Both the position numbers and the translations under genes were made by a program. Positions 21,932-30,914 of a stretch of DNA of 64,000 nucleotides are shown here, one piece after another. The stretch comes from an uncultured bacterium (lineage in GTDB: Bacteria; Krumholzibacteriota; Krumholzibacteriia; JACNKJ01). The stretch spans positions 3,424,001 through 3,488,000 of the forward strand of contig CAVOFT010000001.1 in NCBI GenBank assembly GCA_963695095.1. Direction: 5' to 3'. The notes beneath the pieces are model-generated. The model was not told where the DNA came from. It was given only the letters and a program-made list of their open reading frames with translations, and did not search any database. The number at the start of each line of letters is the position of its first letter. The stretch's first letter is position 1.

Positions 21932-23308
21932 CTAGTAGAGTCTCAGCGCGAGAAGGTGCAGGCCGCCGCGCGCGATGTCAACCTCGGCCTCGGCCTCGCC
22001 GCCCCCGCCGCGCACGCGGATCAGCTGGCGGCCGGCGGGCAGATTGAGGCGGGCGACCGCCACATGGGCCGGCAGCGTGCTCCAGGAACGCGTGTCGGCC
22101 ACCTCCGTGACGCTGCCGAAGATGTTGGTCAGGAGCCCGGCGGCCTCGCCGTGCTTCTCCTCCATCTTCTTTGTGGACCAGTACTTAAGCAAGCCGCGGG
22201 CCACCGTGCGGATGACCACGGCCGCGTAGCGGTCCTCCAGGCACTGCCGGCTGAGCGCTCCCAGGTTCGCCGCGGGCGCGAGGCTGCCCGCTCGCCCCGC
22301 GGCGATCCAGCTCAGCGCGGGCGCGGGCGGGGCCGGATCCACCGCCGGCAAGGCGATGCTGAGAATGTAGGCCAGCTGCTTGTTCCGCCCGCCCGCACGC
22401 CAGTCGCCGTAGGAATCGCTGGCGATGTGCAGCACCGCCTCCTCGTCCTTGCCCTTGGCATCGGTGAAGATGGGAAAGTCGATGCGCTCGGAGCGCTTCG
22501 CCGGCACGAGGCCCGTCTCCACGAACAGGATCAACTCGCCCTCGTCCGCCTGCGGCGGCGCGGGCGCCTCCGCGAGCTGCGGATAGGCCTCGCGGTAGCG
22601 CTGGGCCTCCTCGTGGAAGCCCAGGCGCTCGCCGCTGCGGACGAGGTCCCTCAGCAGGCAGGCGGGCGCCTCGCCGACGCCGTAGATGTCGGCCGCCTGG
22701 TAGAGCCGCGCTGCCTCGCGGTAGTTGATCCAGGCATCGTTCAGCTCGCCGTCCAGCTCGTAGAGCAGGCCGGCCACGTACTGGAGAAAGGGATCGTTGC
22801 GGTACTTGGCCTCGTCGTTGTCGGTGTCGGCCATGCGCTCGAGAGTCTCGGTGGCGGCCCGCCCCTCGACGGCCGCCGACGCCGGCGCGCCGGCTTCCAG
22901 ATAGGCCAGCGCGCGGTAGTAGTGGATCCAGGCCTGCTCGAAGAGCTCGCCGCGGTAGGACTGCATCGAGTCGTTCAGCAGCAGGCGCGCCGCCTCGCGC
23001 GAAAGGCTCCGCGTGTACAGCTCGTCGACCAGCTGCTCGGCGGCGGCAAGGCTAACCTGGCAGCCCGTGAGATCGCCACTGAGATACTGCAGCAGGCCCC
23101 GCTCCATGAGATAGGGCAGGCTGCGCTCGTCCTCGTCGTAGAGCTTGTCCAGGGAGGCCAAGGCCACGACCGGGCTCCCGCCCGCCAGCTCCGCGCGCAG
23201 CTTCCCCACCTTGTCGGCATAGGTGCTGCAGGAGAGCAGGGGCAGGACGCCCGCCAGGAGCGCGGCCAGGGCGAGCCAGGCCAGGAAGCGGATGCGAGGT
23301 CGACGCAT
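21932..23308 (-). CDS. COG3014-like TPR lipoprotein
   Basis: Lipobox LLSC, YRGELFE, EVADTRSWSTLP; adjacent to lpoB. Confidence 0.75.
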   Translation of the reverse strand: MRRPRIRFLAWLALAALLAGVLPLLSCSTYADKVGKLRAELAGGSPVVALASLDKLYDEDERSLPYLMERGLLQYLSGDLTGCQVSLAAAEQLVDELYTRSLSREAARLLLNDSMQSYRGELFEQAWIHYYRALAYLEAGAPASAAVEGRAATETLERMADTDNDEAKYRNDPFLQYVAGLLYELDGELNDAWINYREAARLYQAADIYGVGEAPACLLRDLVRSGERLGFHEEAQRYREAYPQLAEAPAPPQADEGELILFVETGLVPAKRSERIDFPIFTDAKGKDEEAVLHIASDSYGDWRAGGRNKQLAYILSIALPAVDPAPPAPALSWIAAGRAGSLAPAANLGALSRQCLEDRYAAVVIRTVARGLLKYWSTKKMEEKHGEAAGLLTNIFGSVTEVADTRSWSTLPAHVAVARLNLPAGRQLIRVRGGGGEAEAEVDIARGGLHLLALRLY

Positions 23309-23320
23309 GGTGTGCCGCCG

Positions 23321-23938
23321 CTAGCCCTTGTACTTGCCCTTCTGCTTCATCTTCTTGATCTTCTGATTGCCGATCCAGACTTTCTGATTCGTCTGGATCT
23401 TGATCAACTCCAGATCCGTGGAGAAGAAGAAGACTTCCTTGCCGCCGGCCGCGTCGCCCTGCTCGTTGATGGTGCCGATCAGCATGAAGTCGGCGCCGAG
23501 CTCCAGACCCATCTGCTTGATCGTCTCCGGATCGGCGTTCACGCGCTGGTCCATGCGCTCGCCGCGGATCTGATCCCGCTCGTCGGCGCTGGCCACCACG
23601 TCCACCATGCCGCTGATGATGCAGGCGCGCTCCAGGTCCTTGAGGAAGACCCCGGTGGCGATGTGCTCGCTGGTCTTGTTGCGGATGCTGCCCACGATGA
23701 CCACCGGGTTCTTGCCCTCGGCCATCGCGTGGCGATTCAGCCAGGGCGAGGCCAGGCAGTCGGCGATCATCGCCTCGGAGACCATGCGGCTGTCGGTATC
23801 GTTCCAGCCGCCCGAGAGGTCGATCGTGCTGTCCGTGTCGACACGGGTAACCTGCGTCTTGGCGCAGCCGCCCGCGAACACGGTGAGGGCTCCGCTCGTC
23901 AGCAGAACCAGAACGGGCAGGATGGAAGTGCGCTTCAT
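23321..23938 (-). CDS. lpoB: Penicillin-binding protein activator LpoB-like lipoprotein
   Basis: Lipobox AGGC, DLSGGWNDTDSR, IRNKTSEHI, GADFMLIGTI. Confidence 0.8.
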   Translation of the reverse strand: MKRTSILPVLVLLTSGALTVFAGGCAKTQVTRVDTDSTIDLSGGWNDTDSRMVSEAMIADCLASPWLNRHAMAEGKNPVVIVGSIRNKTSEHIATGVFLKDLERACIISGMVDVVASADERDQIRGERMDQRVNADPETIKQMGLELGADFMLIGTINEQGDAAGGKEVFFFSTDLELIKIQTNQKVWIGNQKIKKMKQKGKYKG

Positions 23939-23977
23939 GCGTTCATGCCTCCAGTCGATGGCCGCCGCGCGGCCGCT

Positions 23978-24523
23978 TCAGTCAGTGTGCCAGGGTTCTT
24001 CGTGGGCCCCCGCGCGCCGGTTCGCCCAGCGAGCGGCAACGAAGAGAAAATCCGAGAGACGATTGAGATAGACGACGACCCCCTCGGAAACGTTTAAGCC
24101 CGCGTTTGCGAGGGCCACCACCCGCCGCTCCGCCCGCCGGCAGACCGTGCGGGCGAGGTGCAGGGCGGCGCCCTGACTCGAGCCGCCGGGCAGGATGAAC
24201 TGCGTCAGCGGGGGCAGATCCTCCTCCATGCGGTCGATCCAGGCCTCGAGCTGGGCGGGGCCGCCCGCATCCAGGGGCGGCAGGGAGGCCGCCGCCGGGT
24301 CCGGGGAAGCAAGATGAGCGCCGAGGCTGAAGAGCTCCCGCTGGATCGCCCGCAGCAAGGGCGACAGCTCGCCCGCCTCGTCCAGGCCGTCGGCCAGCCC
24401 CAGCTGGGCGCTCAGCTCATCGACCGTGCCGTAGGCCTCGATGCGCGGGTCGTCCTTGCCGGTGCGCGTCCCGCCCAGAAGGCCCGTGCTGCCCTTGTCG
24501 CCGCCGCGGGTGTAGATCTTCAT
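23978..24523 (-). CDS. PduO-type cob(I)alamin adenosyltransferase
   Basis: KIYTRGGDKG, AYGTVDEL, FILPGG, RTVCRRAER, YLNRLSD. Confidence 0.95.
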   Translation of the reverse strand: MKIYTRGGDKGSTGLLGGTRTGKDDPRIEAYGTVDELSAQLGLADGLDEAGELSPLLRAIQRELFSLGAHLASPDPAAASLPPLDAGGPAQLEAWIDRMEEDLPPLTQFILPGGSSQGAALHLARTVCRRAERRVVALANAGLNVSEGVVVYLNRLSDFLFVAARWANRRAGAHEEPWHTD

Positions 24524-24620
24524 GCCGCCCAAGATGCCGCCTGCTCACGGGATGGACAAGGGATTTCCTGGTGCCGACTTGGCCGCTGCCGCATCATCCC
24601 CCCTGCGCAGGAGGACAGCC

Positions 24621-25385
24621 ATGCCCAGCTTCCGCATCACCCCGGGGCAGCCCTTTCCGCTGGGCCGCTTCGCGGGTCTTGCCGCCCTTGCCGGCCTCGC
24701 CCACGGCGTGAGCACGCGCGGCGGCCCGGATCTGCGTCCCCCCACCGACTCGCCGGCCCACGCCGCGGCCGCCGGTGAGCTGGCCGCGGCCCTCGGCCTG
24801 GGCGCCGCCGCCTGGCTGCGGCAGGTCCACGGTCCGACCGTGGTGACGGCGCGGGGACCCGGCTGGCTGGGTGAGGGCGACGCTCTCGTCAGCGCCAGGC
24901 CGGGCCTGGCCCTGCTCGTGCGCAGCGCCGACTGCCCGCTCATCCTCGCCGCCGCCCTGGATGCGCAGGACCGGCCCGTGGCCGTGGGCGCCGCCCATGC
25001 TTCCTGGCGCAGCACGGTGGCGGGCATCGCCCCGCGCCTGCTTGCGGCCCTGTGCGCCCTCTCCGGCCAGCCGCCCTCCCGCCTGCGGGCCGCCCTCGCC
25101 CCCTCGGCCGGGCCCTGCTGCTACGAGGTGGGCCCCGAGGTGCGGGCCGCGGCCCTGGCCGCCCAGGGCGAGGCCGCCCACGCCTGGTTCCCCGAGCGGG
25201 AGGGCCGGCTGATCTTCGACCTCTGGCGCGCCAACGCAGATCAGCTCGCGGCGGCCGGCCTGGGCCCGGAGCGGCTCGAGGCGGCCGGCATCTGCACCAT
25301 CTGCGAGGACGAGCACTTCCACTCCTGGCGGCGGGAGGGAGTGGCGGCGGGGCGCTTCGCGGCCGGCATCGGCCTGCGTGTCTGA
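24621..25385 (+). CDS. YfiH/PgeF family (purine nucleoside phosphorylase / laccase-like) protein
   Basis: QVHG, GDAL, ADCP, HASWR, GPCCYEVG, CTIC, SWRR; GGAGG RBS. Confidence 0.9.
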   Translation: MPSFRITPGQPFPLGRFAGLAALAGLAHGVSTRGGPDLRPPTDSPAHAAAAGELAAALGLGAAAWLRQVHGPTVVTARGPGWLGEGDALVSARPGLALLVRSADCPLILAAALDAQDRPVAVGAAHASWRSTVAGIAPRLLAALCALSGQPPSRLRAALAPSAGPCCYEVGPEVRAAALAAQGEAAHAWFPEREGRLIFDLWRANADQLAAAGLGPERLEAAGICTICEDEHFHSWRREGVAAGRFAAGIGLRV

Positions 25386-25567
25386 GCCGGGCCGGGCGCC
25401 GGCGGCCTTGCGGCATCTCCCATTTCGTCGGCCGGGGCGCAGCGGTGGGGCAAACTTGCGCCGGGCCCTTGTTTTCGCCCGCCGCATGCGCTTTCCTCGT
25501 TGCCCGAAAAGGCGAATTTCATACCTTGTCCGCGCATTGCCGCCCTTACGATCCCGGAGGTGGACTC

Positions 25568-26854
25568 ATGGCGACACCGGCTTTCAACGCCTTCGAGATG
25601 GCGCAGCGGCAGTTCGACGCCGTGGCCGAGAAGCTCGGCCTCGATGCGGCAACCCGCGAGCTGCTGCGCCAGCCCATGCGCGAGTACCACTTCAGCATCC
25701 CCATCCGCATGGACGACGGGACGGTGAAGGTCTTCCGCGGCTTCCGCGTACAGCACAACGACGCGCGCGGCCCGGCCAAGGGCGGCATCCGCTTCCACCC
25801 CCAGGAGACCATCGACACGGTGCGCGCCCTGGCCACCTGGATGACCTGGAAGTGCGCCGTGGTGGAGATTCCCCTGGGCGGCGGCAAGGGCGGCATCATC
25901 TGCGACCCGCACAACCTCTCCGAGCGCGAGCAGGAGGCCCTGGCCCGCGGCTGGGTGCGCCAGATCGCCCGCAACATCGGCCCTGTGCAGGACGTGCCGG
26001 CCCCGGACGTCATGACCAGCGCCCAGCACATGCTCTGGATGCTCGACGAGTACGAGACGATCACGGGCGGCCACTACCCCGGCATGATCACGGGCAAGCC
26101 GCTGGGGATGGGCGGCTCGCAGGGCCGCACCGAGGCCACCGGCTACGGCCTCGTCTACACCCTGCGCGAGGCGCTGCGCCGCCAGGGCGTGGACCCGGCG
26201 GACACCACCGCCAGCGTGCAGGGCTTCGGCAACGTGGCCCAGTACGCCATCGACCTCTACCAGCAGCTGGGCGGCCAGGTGATCTGCGTCTCGAGCTGGG
26301 ATCAGGCCGATCAGATCAGCTACAGCTTCCGCCGCGCGAGCGGCGTGGACCTCGCCGAGCTGAAGGGGATCAGCGACCGCTTCGGCGGCGTGGACAAGGC
26401 CAAGGCCAAGAGCCTCGGCTACGAGGTGCTGGCCGGGGACGCCTGGATCGAGCAGGCGGTGGACATCCTCATGCCCTGCGCGCTGGAGAACCAGGTGAAC
26501 GGCGAGACGGCGCCGCGCGTGCACAGCCGGGTGAAGTTCATGGCCGAGGGCGCCAACGGGCCGACGACGCCCGAGGCGGATGCCATCTTGCAGGAGAAGG
26601 GCGTCTACATCATCCCCGACTTCCTCTGCAACGCGGGCGGCGTCACCTGCAGCTACTTCGAGCAGGTGCAGTGCAACATGAACTTCTTCTGGCCCAAGAG
26701 CGAGGTACTCGAGCGCCTGGACGGCGTGATGACCCGCGCCTTCCACAAGGTGGCCGACCTCTCCGAGAAGAAGAAGCTCTGCATGCGCGACGCGGCCTAC
26801 ATGATCGCCATCCAGCGGGTGGCCGAGGCCTGCCGGGCGCGCGGCTGGGTGTAG
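25568..26854 (+). CDS. gdhA: Glutamate dehydrogenase (Glu/Leu/Phe/Val family) with intact catalytic motifs
   Basis: GPAKGGIRF, MTWK, GGGKGG, DVPAPD, TGKP, GRTEATG, GFGNV, EGANGP, NAGGV. Confidence 0.93.
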   Translation: MATPAFNAFEMAQRQFDAVAEKLGLDAATRELLRQPMREYHFSIPIRMDDGTVKVFRGFRVQHNDARGPAKGGIRFHPQETIDTVRALATWMTWKCAVVEIPLGGGKGGIICDPHNLSEREQEALARGWVRQIARNIGPVQDVPAPDVMTSAQHMLWMLDEYETITGGHYPGMITGKPLGMGGSQGRTEATGYGLVYTLREALRRQGVDPADTTASVQGFGNVAQYAIDLYQQLGGQVICVSSWDQADQISYSFRRASGVDLAELKGISDRFGGVDKAKAKSLGYEVLAGDAWIEQAVDILMPCALENQVNGETAPRVHSRVKFMAEGANGPTTPEADAILQEKGVYIIPDFLCNAGGVTCSYFEQVQCNMNFFWPKSEVLERLDGVMTRAFHKVADLSEKKKLCMRDAAYMIAIQRVAEACRARGWV

Positions 26855-26886
26855 AGGCGGCCGGCCGCCCTCAACCGGGAGGCAGG

Positions 26887-27747
26887 ACGCTGCTCTGCTT
26901 TTTCGCAACGGACCTGCACGGCAGCGTCGAGCGCTACCAGAGGCTCTTCGCGGCCACGCTCGCCGAGCGGCCGGATGCCGTCTTCCTGGGCGGCGACCTG
27001 CTGCCCCCGCCCGCGGGCTTCCGGGCGCTGCCCTTCGGCGGCGAGGACTTCATCGGCGACTATCTCGCGGCGGGCTTCCTGCGCCTGCGCGAGCAGCTTG
27101 GGCCGGCGGCGCCGGCGGTCTTCCTGATCCTCGGCAATGACGATCCCCGCGGCGCCGAGGCCGCCATTCTCGACGCGGCCGCCCGCGGCGCCTGGACCTA
27201 CCTGCACGATCGGCGGGTGCTCTGGGCCGGCCGGCCCGTGCTCGGCTACGCCTGCGTGCCGCCCACGCCCTTCCTGCTCAAGGACTGGGAGCGCTACGAC
27301 GTGTCGCGCTACGTGGACCCGGGCTGCGTCTCGCCCGAGGAGGGCCATCACAGCTTCCCCGTGCCCGCGGCGCAGATCCGGCACACGACGATCGCCCGCG
27401 AGCTGGCGGCCCTGGCGGGTGAGGCCGATCTCGGCGAGGCGATCGGGCTCTTCCACTCGCCGCCGCACGACACGGGGCTCGATCTCGCCGACCTCGCCGG
27501 GCAAGTCGTGGATCACGTGCCCGTGGATCCCCACGTGGGCAGCATCGCCCTGCGTCGCTTCATCGAGGAGCGCGGGCCGAAGGTGACCCTGCACGGACAC
27601 ATCCACGAGGCCGCGCGGCTCAGCGGCGACTGGCGGGTTCAGCTCGGCCGCACCTGGTGCTTCGGCGGCGCCCACGACGGCCCCGAGCTGGCGCTCGTGC
27701 GCTTCGATCCCGACTCCCCGGAGCAGGCCACGCGCGAGCTGCTCTAA
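26887..27747 (+). CDS. Icc-like metallophosphoesterase (non-canonical start)
   Basis: DLHG, GGD, GNDD, HSPP, HGHIHE motifs; GGAGG at 26878 followed only by ACG/CTG codons. Confidence 0.85.
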   Translation, partial: TLLCFFATDLHGSVERYQRLFAATLAERPDAVFLGGDLLPPPAGFRALPFGGEDFIGDYLAAGFLRLREQLGPAAPAVFLILGNDDPRGAEAAILDAAARGAWTYLHDRRVLWAGRPVLGYACVPPTPFLLKDWERYDVSRYVDPGCVSPEEGHHSFPVPAAQIRHTTIARELAALAGEADLGEAIGLFHSPPHDTGLDLADLAGQVVDHVPVDPHVGSIALRRFIEERGPKVTLHGHIHEAARLSGDWRVQLGRTWCFGGAHDGPELALVRFDPDSPEQATRELL

Positions 27748-30700
27748 CCCTTTGGCTTCAGCGGCAGCTCCTGCGCGGGGTCGGTGACGGCGCCGATCTT
27801 GATCGCGAAGCTGTCCCGCCGCTCGATGTCCTGGTCCGTGACGATGTGCACGTCCAGCAGGCCGCCCGTGCGATAGCCAGTGCGCAGGTAATTCATCTCG
27901 GCCAGGCAGAGGCTCCAGCCCTCCAGCCAGTTGCGCAGCTCGCGCTCCTGGTCGGCACTGCCCCTGAAATGAACGAGCAGGTCGATGTCGCTGCAGGGCC
28001 CCGCCGTGCCGTTCTTCGTGCTGCCGAAGACGTAGCAGGCCACGACGCCGAAGCGCTCGGCGTCCATCTCGGCGGCCAGTCGCTCGGCCATGCCCTGGCG
28101 CCAGCGCCAGAACTGGTCGCTCTGGGCCGGCCGCGACTGCTCGCCGCCACTGCGGGCGGGCGCCGGCGCGCCGCCGCCGCTGAGGACGGCCACCGCTTCG
28201 TCGAGGTCCGCGTTCAGCAGTACTTGGAGCACACGGCCCCCGCTGGCCGCGCGCACGTCGATGACGCGGATCACGGCCTCCAGGTGCGCGAACTCGGGCA
28301 GCATCTCGGCCAGCAGGTTGGGCGCCCGGCCCAGGAAGCGCTCGTTGAAGAGCACGTCGCGCTCGTCGGGGTAGAGCGGCAGATAGCGAATGCGCGCCTC
28401 CACCAGATCCTGGAAGAAGTGGGTGCCGAAGCTGAGGTCGGGCACGTAGCCGCCCTTGCGCCGCGCCACCTCGATCAGCATGGCCGTGTTGTTGATGTCC
28501 GAATAGCTCACGTTCACGCCGAGGCGGATATCGCCGCGGCTGCCCCAGCGACCCGGCCCGATCAGGATGAACTGGCGCTTGGGCAGCAGCTTGTTCAGGG
28601 CGCTCACCGCGCGGCCCACGCCGACGAGATCCTCGTGCCGCGAGATGTCCGCGTACTGGCGCCCGTCCACGTAGACCAGGTGCGTGATGTCCGGCACCCA
28701 GCCATTGGACACGTGGCGATTCGCCGTGAAGATGATGTCGTCTTCGGGCAGGTCCTTGGGGATGGGCGCCGGCGCGTCCTGCGGCCCGTAGCTCTGGGGC
28801 CGGCACTGGAGCAGGTAGAAGTGCTCGCCGTCGTGGGCGAACTCGATGTCCACCGGCGTGTTCAGCCGCTGCTGCAGCACCTTGAGCATGGCCGCGATCT
28901 GGCGCAGGAAAGGCGTGTCGTCGCTGAGGCCGGCGAAGGTGACCACGAACTCGTCCTGTTCCGCGTCGCAGAGCAGGCGGGAGGCCTTGCGCAGACTGCC
29001 GGCATCCAGGAGCGAGTAGACCTGCTCGAAGCCCGGGAAGTCGCAGCCGCCGGCGGCGAGGAAGTTGCGGATGGGCAGGCTCTCGAGGGTGCGGTTCTCG
29101 AGATCGATGGCGTCCAGCTCCTTGGGCGAGTAGCGCAGCTTCTCCTCGATGGCCACGTTGACGCGTAGCGCGGGCTGGCCGGGCACCATGAGGATGGGGT
29201 AGTCGTCGCCGAGGCGGTCCACGGCTCGCGTACCCAGGCCGGGCACCATGCGGATCAGCCCGTCCTCGCGCTTGATGCGCGGCGACCAGCGGAACTCGTT
29301 GTTGCTGAAGGCCACGCCCGCGAAGGCGGGCAGGAAATACTTGCCGACACGGCGCCCCACGACTTGCTGAATGAGGATGCCCATTTCCTCGTTGAAATCG
29401 AGCAGGCTCCGCTCGCGACGGTACTCCACGGGGTCGGGCCCGAAGACCGAGGCGTAGATCTCGGCGATGGCATCCAGCAGCGCTTCCAGCCGCTCCTGGC
29501 GCGTCCCCTGGTTGGCGAGGAAGAGGCTCTTGTACTTGCCCGCGAAAGAGGTGCCCAGCCGGTCCTCGAGCAGGCTCGAGGAACGCACGATGATGGGCAC
29601 CTCGCCGAACTCGTCGATCACCGCGTGCAGGTTGCGCAGGAAGGCCGGGGGGAAGCTGGAGTTCTTGAAGAGCTGCACGATATTCGGGTACTCGCGCCGC
29701 ACCTGAGCCACATCCTTGTACTTCTGCTCGAGGACGTCGGCGAGGTCGTTGTAGTCGATGAACTCCAGCAGCCAATCCGAGACGACGTAGGCCGCCTTGG
29801 GCACGCGCAGGCCGGCGAGCAAGGGCTCCTCGGCGGCCATCGTGCTCAGGATCTTCTGTGCGAGCAGCAGGCCGGCGCTTTTGCCGCCCAGGCGGCCGCG
29901 GCTGCTCTCCGTCATCACCATGCTGCCCAGCAATCCCTGGAAGTCGGGCAGGGCGAAGAACTCCTTCGCGCACTTGATGAAATCCAGGTGCTCGGTGAGG
30001 AAGCGCCGCACCAGCGACACCTGCAGACCCTGCCGCGTGGGCTCGGCCAGAGTGCCGCCCGCCGCCGCGAACTGGGCATAGCGATGAATGGCGTCGCTCA
30101 CCTCGCCCATCGGCGAGTAGGGGTTGTTGAGCACCTTGAGGAAGGCGCTGGCCTTGTCCTCCTGCAGCCACTTCTGCATGAGGGCCAGGATCTCGGCGCC
30201 GTTGAGGTGCGCGTTGGCAAGCAGGAAGGGCGCCTCGCTGAGCAGCAACTCGGCCACCGGTCGCCGCCGCCGCTCGGGCACATTCGACTCGCCCACGCTC
30301 TCGTCGCCCTCGCCGCTGAGTTCGGCCTCGCGCAGCATCACCTGCGCCTCGGGAATTCCCAGCCAGCAGAGGTGATTGATCAGCTTGCGCGCGATGCTGA
30401 GATAGAGCCGCTGGTCGCTGAGCCGCAGCAGCTCGGCGGGGCCGCGCCAGACCTCGTCGCCGCCCGGAGCCGCCGTGGGACGCAGGCCGCCCTCGCCCGT
30501 CTCCACGCCTTCGACAACGAGCTGCGTGGCGATGCGGTCGGCGATGGAGCCGATGAGGCGCACTTCATCCTTGAGGAAGGGGCCCTCGTCGGCCGCTGGC
30601 CGCTCCTCGAGGTAATAGATCTCGACGGCCCCCACCTCCTGACCGCGCAGCGCAATCGGCGCACGCAGCACCCAGGGCGTGGGCGCGAAGTCCCGGGAGA

Positions 30701-30914
30701 CATAGCGCTGTCCCTCCACCTGCACGACGGCCTCGCAGATCTCGGGGTACTTCCAGCCGGGCCCGACGGCCTCGGCCACCGCCCGCAGGCGCGCGGCCAG
30801 CGGCAGCTCAGGCCAGCTCAGGATTTCCTCCACCCGGTAGAGGCACTCCAGCTCCTTGGCCCGCTCTCGGAGCTCGGTCAGGATTGCATCGAGCCGTTCA
30901 TCCTTCTCTTGCAT
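27744..30914 (-). CDS. PEP-synthase/PPDK N-terminal (ATP-grasp) domain protein with N-terminal sensor-like region and C-terminal pol-beta nucleotidyltransferase domain
   Basis: LGGKSAGL, VRSSSLLED, FAGKY, GLGTRAV, PVDIEFA, LLQCRP, GPGRWGS, SFGTHFF; C-terminal FGS...SDIDLLV. Confidence 0.85.
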   Translation of the reverse strand: MQEKDERLDAILTELRERAKELECLYRVEEILSWPELPLAARLRAVAEAVGPGWKYPEICEAVVQVEGQRYVSRDFAPTPWVLRAPIALRGQEVGAVEIYYLEERPAADEGPFLKDEVRLIGSIADRIATQLVVEGVETGEGGLRPTAAPGGDEVWRGPAELLRLSDQRLYLSIARKLINHLCWLGIPEAQVMLREAELSGEGDESVGESNVPERRRRPVAELLLSEAPFLLANAHLNGAEILALMQKWLQEDKASAFLKVLNNPYSPMGEVSDAIHRYAQFAAAGGTLAEPTRQGLQVSLVRRFLTEHLDFIKCAKEFFALPDFQGLLGSMVMTESSRGRLGGKSAGLLLAQKILSTMAAEEPLLAGLRVPKAAYVVSDWLLEFIDYNDLADVLEQKYKDVAQVRREYPNIVQLFKNSSFPPAFLRNLHAVIDEFGEVPIIVRSSSLLEDRLGTSFAGKYKSLFLANQGTRQERLEALLDAIAEIYASVFGPDPVEYRRERSLLDFNEEMGILIQQVVGRRVGKYFLPAFAGVAFSNNEFRWSPRIKREDGLIRMVPGLGTRAVDRLGDDYPILMVPGQPALRVNVAIEEKLRYSPKELDAIDLENRTLESLPIRNFLAAGGCDFPGFEQVYSLLDAGSLRKASRLLCDAEQDEFVVTFAGLSDDTPFLRQIAAMLKVLQQRLNTPVDIEFAHDGEHFYLLQCRPQSYGPQDAPAPIPKDLPEDDIIFTANRHVSNGWVPDITHLVYVDGRQYADISRHEDLVGVGRAVSALNKLLPKRQFILIGPGRWGSRGDIRLGVNVSYSDINNTAMLIEVARRKGGYVPDLSFGTHFFQDLVEARIRYLPLYPDERDVLFNERFLGRAPNLLAEMLPEFAHLEAVIRVIDVRAASGGRVLQVLLNADLDEAVAVLSGGGAPAPARSGGEQSRPAQSDQFWRWRQGMAERLAAEMDAERFGVVACYVFGSTKNGTAGPCSDIDLLVHFRGSADQERELRNWLEGWSLCLAEMNYLRTGYRTGGLLDVHIVTDQDIERRDSFAIKIGAVTDPAQELPLKPKG

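Noticed and set aside
25378..27747. 789-aa ORF as a long fusion ending in a phosphoesterase
   Set aside because: The first 500 or so codons are an alternate frame of gdhA; only the last 286 aa are protein-like.
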